Source: Gammaproteobacteria bacterium
GTDB lineage: Bacteria; Pseudomonadota; Gammaproteobacteria; Arenicellales; Poriferihabitantaceae
Direction of reading: 5' to 3'
Length of the DNA stretch: 58,422 nt
Assembly (NCBI GenBank): GCA_011523765.1
Contig: WTGA01000170.1
Span: forward strand, 1-58,422
Made by a program: the position numbers and the translations under genes. Shown here one piece after another: positions 55,732 to 58,422 of this stretch. The notes below the pieces were generated by a model. That model was not told the DNA's origin. It searched no databases and saw only the letters and a list, made by a program, of their open reading frames with translations. Positions within the stretch are counted from its first letter, which is position 1, and the number at the start of each line of letters is the position of its first letter.

Positions 55732-56928
55732 CTAGAGGCTGCACTCTCCTGCGTAGCTGTCCTGGTGGTTTTCGTAAACCGTGCTCACAATGCTGGTTGT
55801 CCAGTTTCCGGCCGCATCGGTTACCACTTCACGCAGGTAGAAATTTTGAATGGGCATATGGTTTTTATTGTAGCGGTAGCGGCCCCGAATGGAGTCAAAC
55901 TCCGCTTTTTCCATTGCGGCACGGAGGCCGTCCTGGTCATCCAGGTCTCCTCCGGTGGCATTGACGGCACTGTTGATCAGCATGATGGTGTCATAGGACT
56001 GTGCCGCATAGAACGAGGGATAGTTGCCGTGTTTCGCCTTGAAATCGGCCACGAACCGCTTGTTCGCCGCATTGTCCAGGTCCGGCGCCCAGAACATCGT
56101 GCTCTTGGAACCCAGAACGCCCTCGATATTCCCTGCCTGGAGTTTGGGCAGGGAAAGGGAATCCACGGTAAACACGGTATACAGGGGGAGGGAAGCTTTC
56201 AGCCCCGCCTGCTGGTATTGTTTCAGAAAGGCGCCTCCGGCACTTCCCGGGTAGAAAATGAACAGGCCATCCGCTCCAGACGCCTTGGCCTTGGCCAGCT
56301 CGGCAGAAAAGTCCAATTGCCTGTCTTTTCCCCATTTTGTCAGGTCCTTGCCAACGACATTCCCCTTGAAGGTGCGTTCCACCCCCGCGACCATATTTTT
56401 TCCAGCGGCATAGTTCGGCGCGATGATATACACCGAGGCAATGCCCTGTTCATTCAGCACTTCACCCATGGCCATGGGAGTCTGGTCATTTTGCCACGAC
56501 GTGGAAAAGAAATTCGGATGACACCCTTTTCCGGCCAGTTGGGAGGGACCGGCGTTGGAACTGATCAGGAATTTTCCCGAATCCAGAACGGATTTGCTGG
56601 ATGCCAGGAGCACATGGGACCAGATAAAGCCGGCAACAAAGTCTGCATCATCCTTTTTAACCAGTTTATCCGTTTTCTGTTTGCCGATTTCCGGCTTGAA
56701 TCCATCGTCTTCGAAAATCACTTCGATTTCTTTCCCCGCCATCTTGCCACCTAGATGTTCGACAGCGAGATTCACCGCATTCCTCATGTCTTCACCGATT
56801 ACGCTGGCGGGGGTAGTGAGAGTGGTGACAAATCCAATTTTGACGCTGTCTGCGAACACTGACAGTGGCAGCATGATCATCATGGCTGCCAGGAGCCCTG
56901 TCTGGGGCCGTTGCATCTTCAGTTTCAT
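55732..56928 (-). CDS. Periplasmic substrate-binding protein, LivJ/LivK-type (second system)
   Basis: 398 aa. AAGGAGAA lies 5 nt upstream of ATG 56928. A Sec signal peptide ends VFA/DS. Type-I PBP pattern VKIGFVTTLTTPASVIGEDM. Confidence 0.8.
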   Translation of the reverse strand: MKLKMQRPQTGLLAAMMIMLPLSVFADSVKIGFVTTLTTPASVIGEDMRNAVNLAVEHLGGKMAGKEIEVIFEDDGFKPEIGKQKTDKLVKKDDADFVAGFIWSHVLLASSKSVLDSGKFLISSNAGPSQLAGKGCHPNFFSTSWQNDQTPMAMGEVLNEQGIASVYIIAPNYAAGKNMVAGVERTFKGNVVGKDLTKWGKDRQLDFSAELAKAKASGADGLFIFYPGSAGGAFLKQYQQAGLKASLPLYTVFTVDSLSLPKLQAGNIEGVLGSKSTMFWAPDLDNAANKRFVADFKAKHGNYPSFYAAQSYDTIMLINSAVNATGGDLDDQDGLRAAMEKAEFDSIRGRYRYNKNHMPIQNFYLREVVTDAAGNWTTSIVSTVYENHQDSYAGECSL

Positions 56929-57423
56929 TTCAATTCTCCTTGATCAAGGTTTGCTGTAGTTTACCGGTCAGGTTGATGTGCAGGAACCGATTGCTGCATG
57001 GGTTGATTATCCCGCGTTTATACCAAAATTGCAGGCCAATACAACTGTTTTGTCGGGACGGGTTCCGGAATGTCCTGCCGGGCCTGCATTCCGGGTGGTT
57101 TCAGGCCGGATGCCCGCTGTCATCTCCGGAACACTGAATGGCGGCTGCCTGCAAAGACAATGGGGTTTGGCCTGGTTGAGCGGGAAAATGCCGGTGTTGG
57201 CAGGATGGCCAAATGCGATGCAGCCCATGGTGCATCCATCTGGAATATTCGGGCAGTTGCCCTGATAATCAATGGATATTATGCTGGATGGATGCAATGG
57301 TCATTGGCATGGAATCCCTTGAACGAAGAGACCTTCGAGACATTGCAGCGTTCCCGGGTTGGCGGTGTGCACCCGGAATGCTGATTTGACAACTGAATTT
57401 TCCGAAAAATCACCCTGCTCAAA

Positions 57424-58311
57424 ATGCACAATCACACAGAAAACAGGATCCGGGCATTGCCGTGCTGGAAACATGACATTGAAATATCGGTACTTTCCGG
57501 CGGAATGACCAATATGAACTACCGAATCAGGGATGGCGACCAATGCTGCGTGGTTCGGCTGGGAGATGACGTGCCGGAACACCTGATCCTGAGAGAAAAT
57601 GAAGGGGTTTCATCCGAGGCCGCCGCCCGGTGTGGTTTCTCCCCGGATGTCCTGTACAGAGAGCCGGGGATCCTGGTGATCCGGTTTGTCGATGGAACGG
57701 TTTTCCGTGAAGAGGACATCCGTGACCCGGAGGTTCTGGTTCGCTTGACCCGGTTGCTGAAGCAGTTCCACCGGGACATGCCGCGGGCGCTGAATGGTTA
57801 TCCGATCCTGTTCTGGGTTTTCCAGGTACTCCGTCATTACCGGAATATGCTTGAGCAGGGCAACAGTCCTTACCGGGACCAAGTGCCCGGGCTGATGGGC
57901 ATTGCCGACAGGCTGGAGCAGGATGTGGGACCGGTGAACCTGGTTTTCGGGCACAATGACCTGTTGCCGGCAAATTTCATCGACGATGGCAGCAAGATCT
58001 GGCTCATTGATTTTGACTATGCGGGGTTCAACAGTCCCTTGTTCGACCTGTCCAACCTGGCTTCCAACAGCCAGCTGGATGTGGAGGCGGAACGCAGGAT
58101 GCTGGGCCTGTACTTTGACGGGGAACCGGGTGACCGGCTTTGGAAAAGCTACAATGCGATGAAGTGCGCTTCGCTGCTGCGTGAAACCATGTGGTCCATG
58201 GTGTCGGAAATTTACTCTGAACTGGATTTCGATTACGCCGGGTATACCCGGGAAAACGACGACCGGTTTCGTCGGGCCTATCAGCGTTACAAGCAGGAGT
58301 TCTGGTCGTGA
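57424..58311 (+). CDS. Choline/ethanolamine-kinase-family phosphotransferase (APH fold)
   Basis: 295 aa. Nucleotide-binding motif LSGGMTNMNYRI, Brenner motif HNDLLPANFI, and kinase motif IWLIDFDYAGFN. The substrate cannot be assigned from sequence. Confidence 0.7.
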   Translation: MHNHTENRIRALPCWKHDIEISVLSGGMTNMNYRIRDGDQCCVVRLGDDVPEHLILRENEGVSSEAAARCGFSPDVLYREPGILVIRFVDGTVFREEDIRDPEVLVRLTRLLKQFHRDMPRALNGYPILFWVFQVLRHYRNMLEQGNSPYRDQVPGLMGIADRLEQDVGPVNLVFGHNDLLPANFIDDGSKIWLIDFDYAGFNSPLFDLSNLASNSQLDVEAERRMLGLYFDGEPGDRLWKSYNAMKCASLLRETMWSMVSEIYSELDFDYAGYTRENDDRFRRAYQRYKQEFWS

Positions 58312-58422
58312 TTTCCCGAGTGACAGAGCGGCTTGCTACCGGGATGCCATGGCCGGTTCGCCACTGGCCGGGGTGGAAAGCCTCCGCGGACCATTGTCCG
58401 CCACCGGTCCACTGCCGGGTAG

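Noticed and set aside
57261-57287. String CCTGATAATCAATGGATATTATGCTGG resembling the ACCUGAUCUGGAUAAUGCCAGC core of a TPP riboswitch, upstream of an APH-fold kinase (a family that includes thiamine kinase)
   Set aside because: The upstream GGGGUGC / CUGAGA elements are absent. The required CUGG/CCAG helix cannot form, and spacing differs from the consensus. It is a chance resemblance.
1-58422. Search for mobile or defence content: integrase, transposase, inverted terminal repeats, tRNA integration sites, toxin-antitoxin pairs, cas genes, restriction-modification, retron or DGR features
   Set aside because: None were found by eye on either strand. The window looks like metabolic chromosomal DNA with some gene decay, not a mobile or defence island.

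Overview
58.4 kb of apparently chromosomal DNA, by eye mid-50s %GC. The many long antisense ORFs look like by-products of GC-biased codon usage. The source is probably a methylotrophic or halophilic gammaproteobacterium, because the Tmm protein is very close to the Methylophaga flavin monooxygenase as I remember it. I call 46 protein-coding genes, one decayed gene, and a few repeats and regulatory candidates. I found no rRNA, tRNA, convincing CRISPR array, integrase or transposase. Content from left to right: (1) 0.45-1.1 kb holds an RND-type exporter remnant. (2) 1.2-18.8 kb is a methylated-amine catabolic island. It contains a GntR regulator, a lone SoxB-like flavoprotein, gmaS and mgsABC (N-methylglutamate pathway), two unknown ORFs, pdxJ, a ProU-type importer (tmoXVW-like), the TMAO demethylase tdm and the TMA monooxygenase tmm. 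(3) 19.1-23.9 kb is a Liv/HAAT-type ABC importer with a Tat-signal binding protein, co-oriented with tmm. (4) Next come rimK with its retropepsin-like partner, then an MFS/enoyl-CoA hydratase pair divergent from prpE. (5) gshB-gmhA-5-oxoprolinase, an orphan TupA-like binding protein, kefC, a GMC oxidoreductase and yceI follow. (6) A Bat-type operon lacks its usual MoxR/DUF58 head. (7) An unknown 204-aa ORF and an orphan Rieske oxygenase follow. (8) nirK (cytochrome c fusion)-nirV-SCO1 sits behind an FNR-type box. (9) The window ends with a second Liv-type importer and a choline-kinase-like gene. The best follow-up targets are these. First, the methylamine island has no recognisable dmmDABC or four-subunit mgdABCD; instead it carries a lone SoxB-like flavoprotein and two uncharacterised ORFs coupled to mgsC. 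Second, the Liv-type importer lies next to tmm. Third, a perfect 20-bp palindrome sits in the AT-rich tmoX/tdm control region. Fourth, a perfect 39-bp direct repeat lies downstream of rimK. All calls come from motif recognition by eye. No similarity search or folding program was run, coordinates were hand-counted, and gene starts are best guesses.
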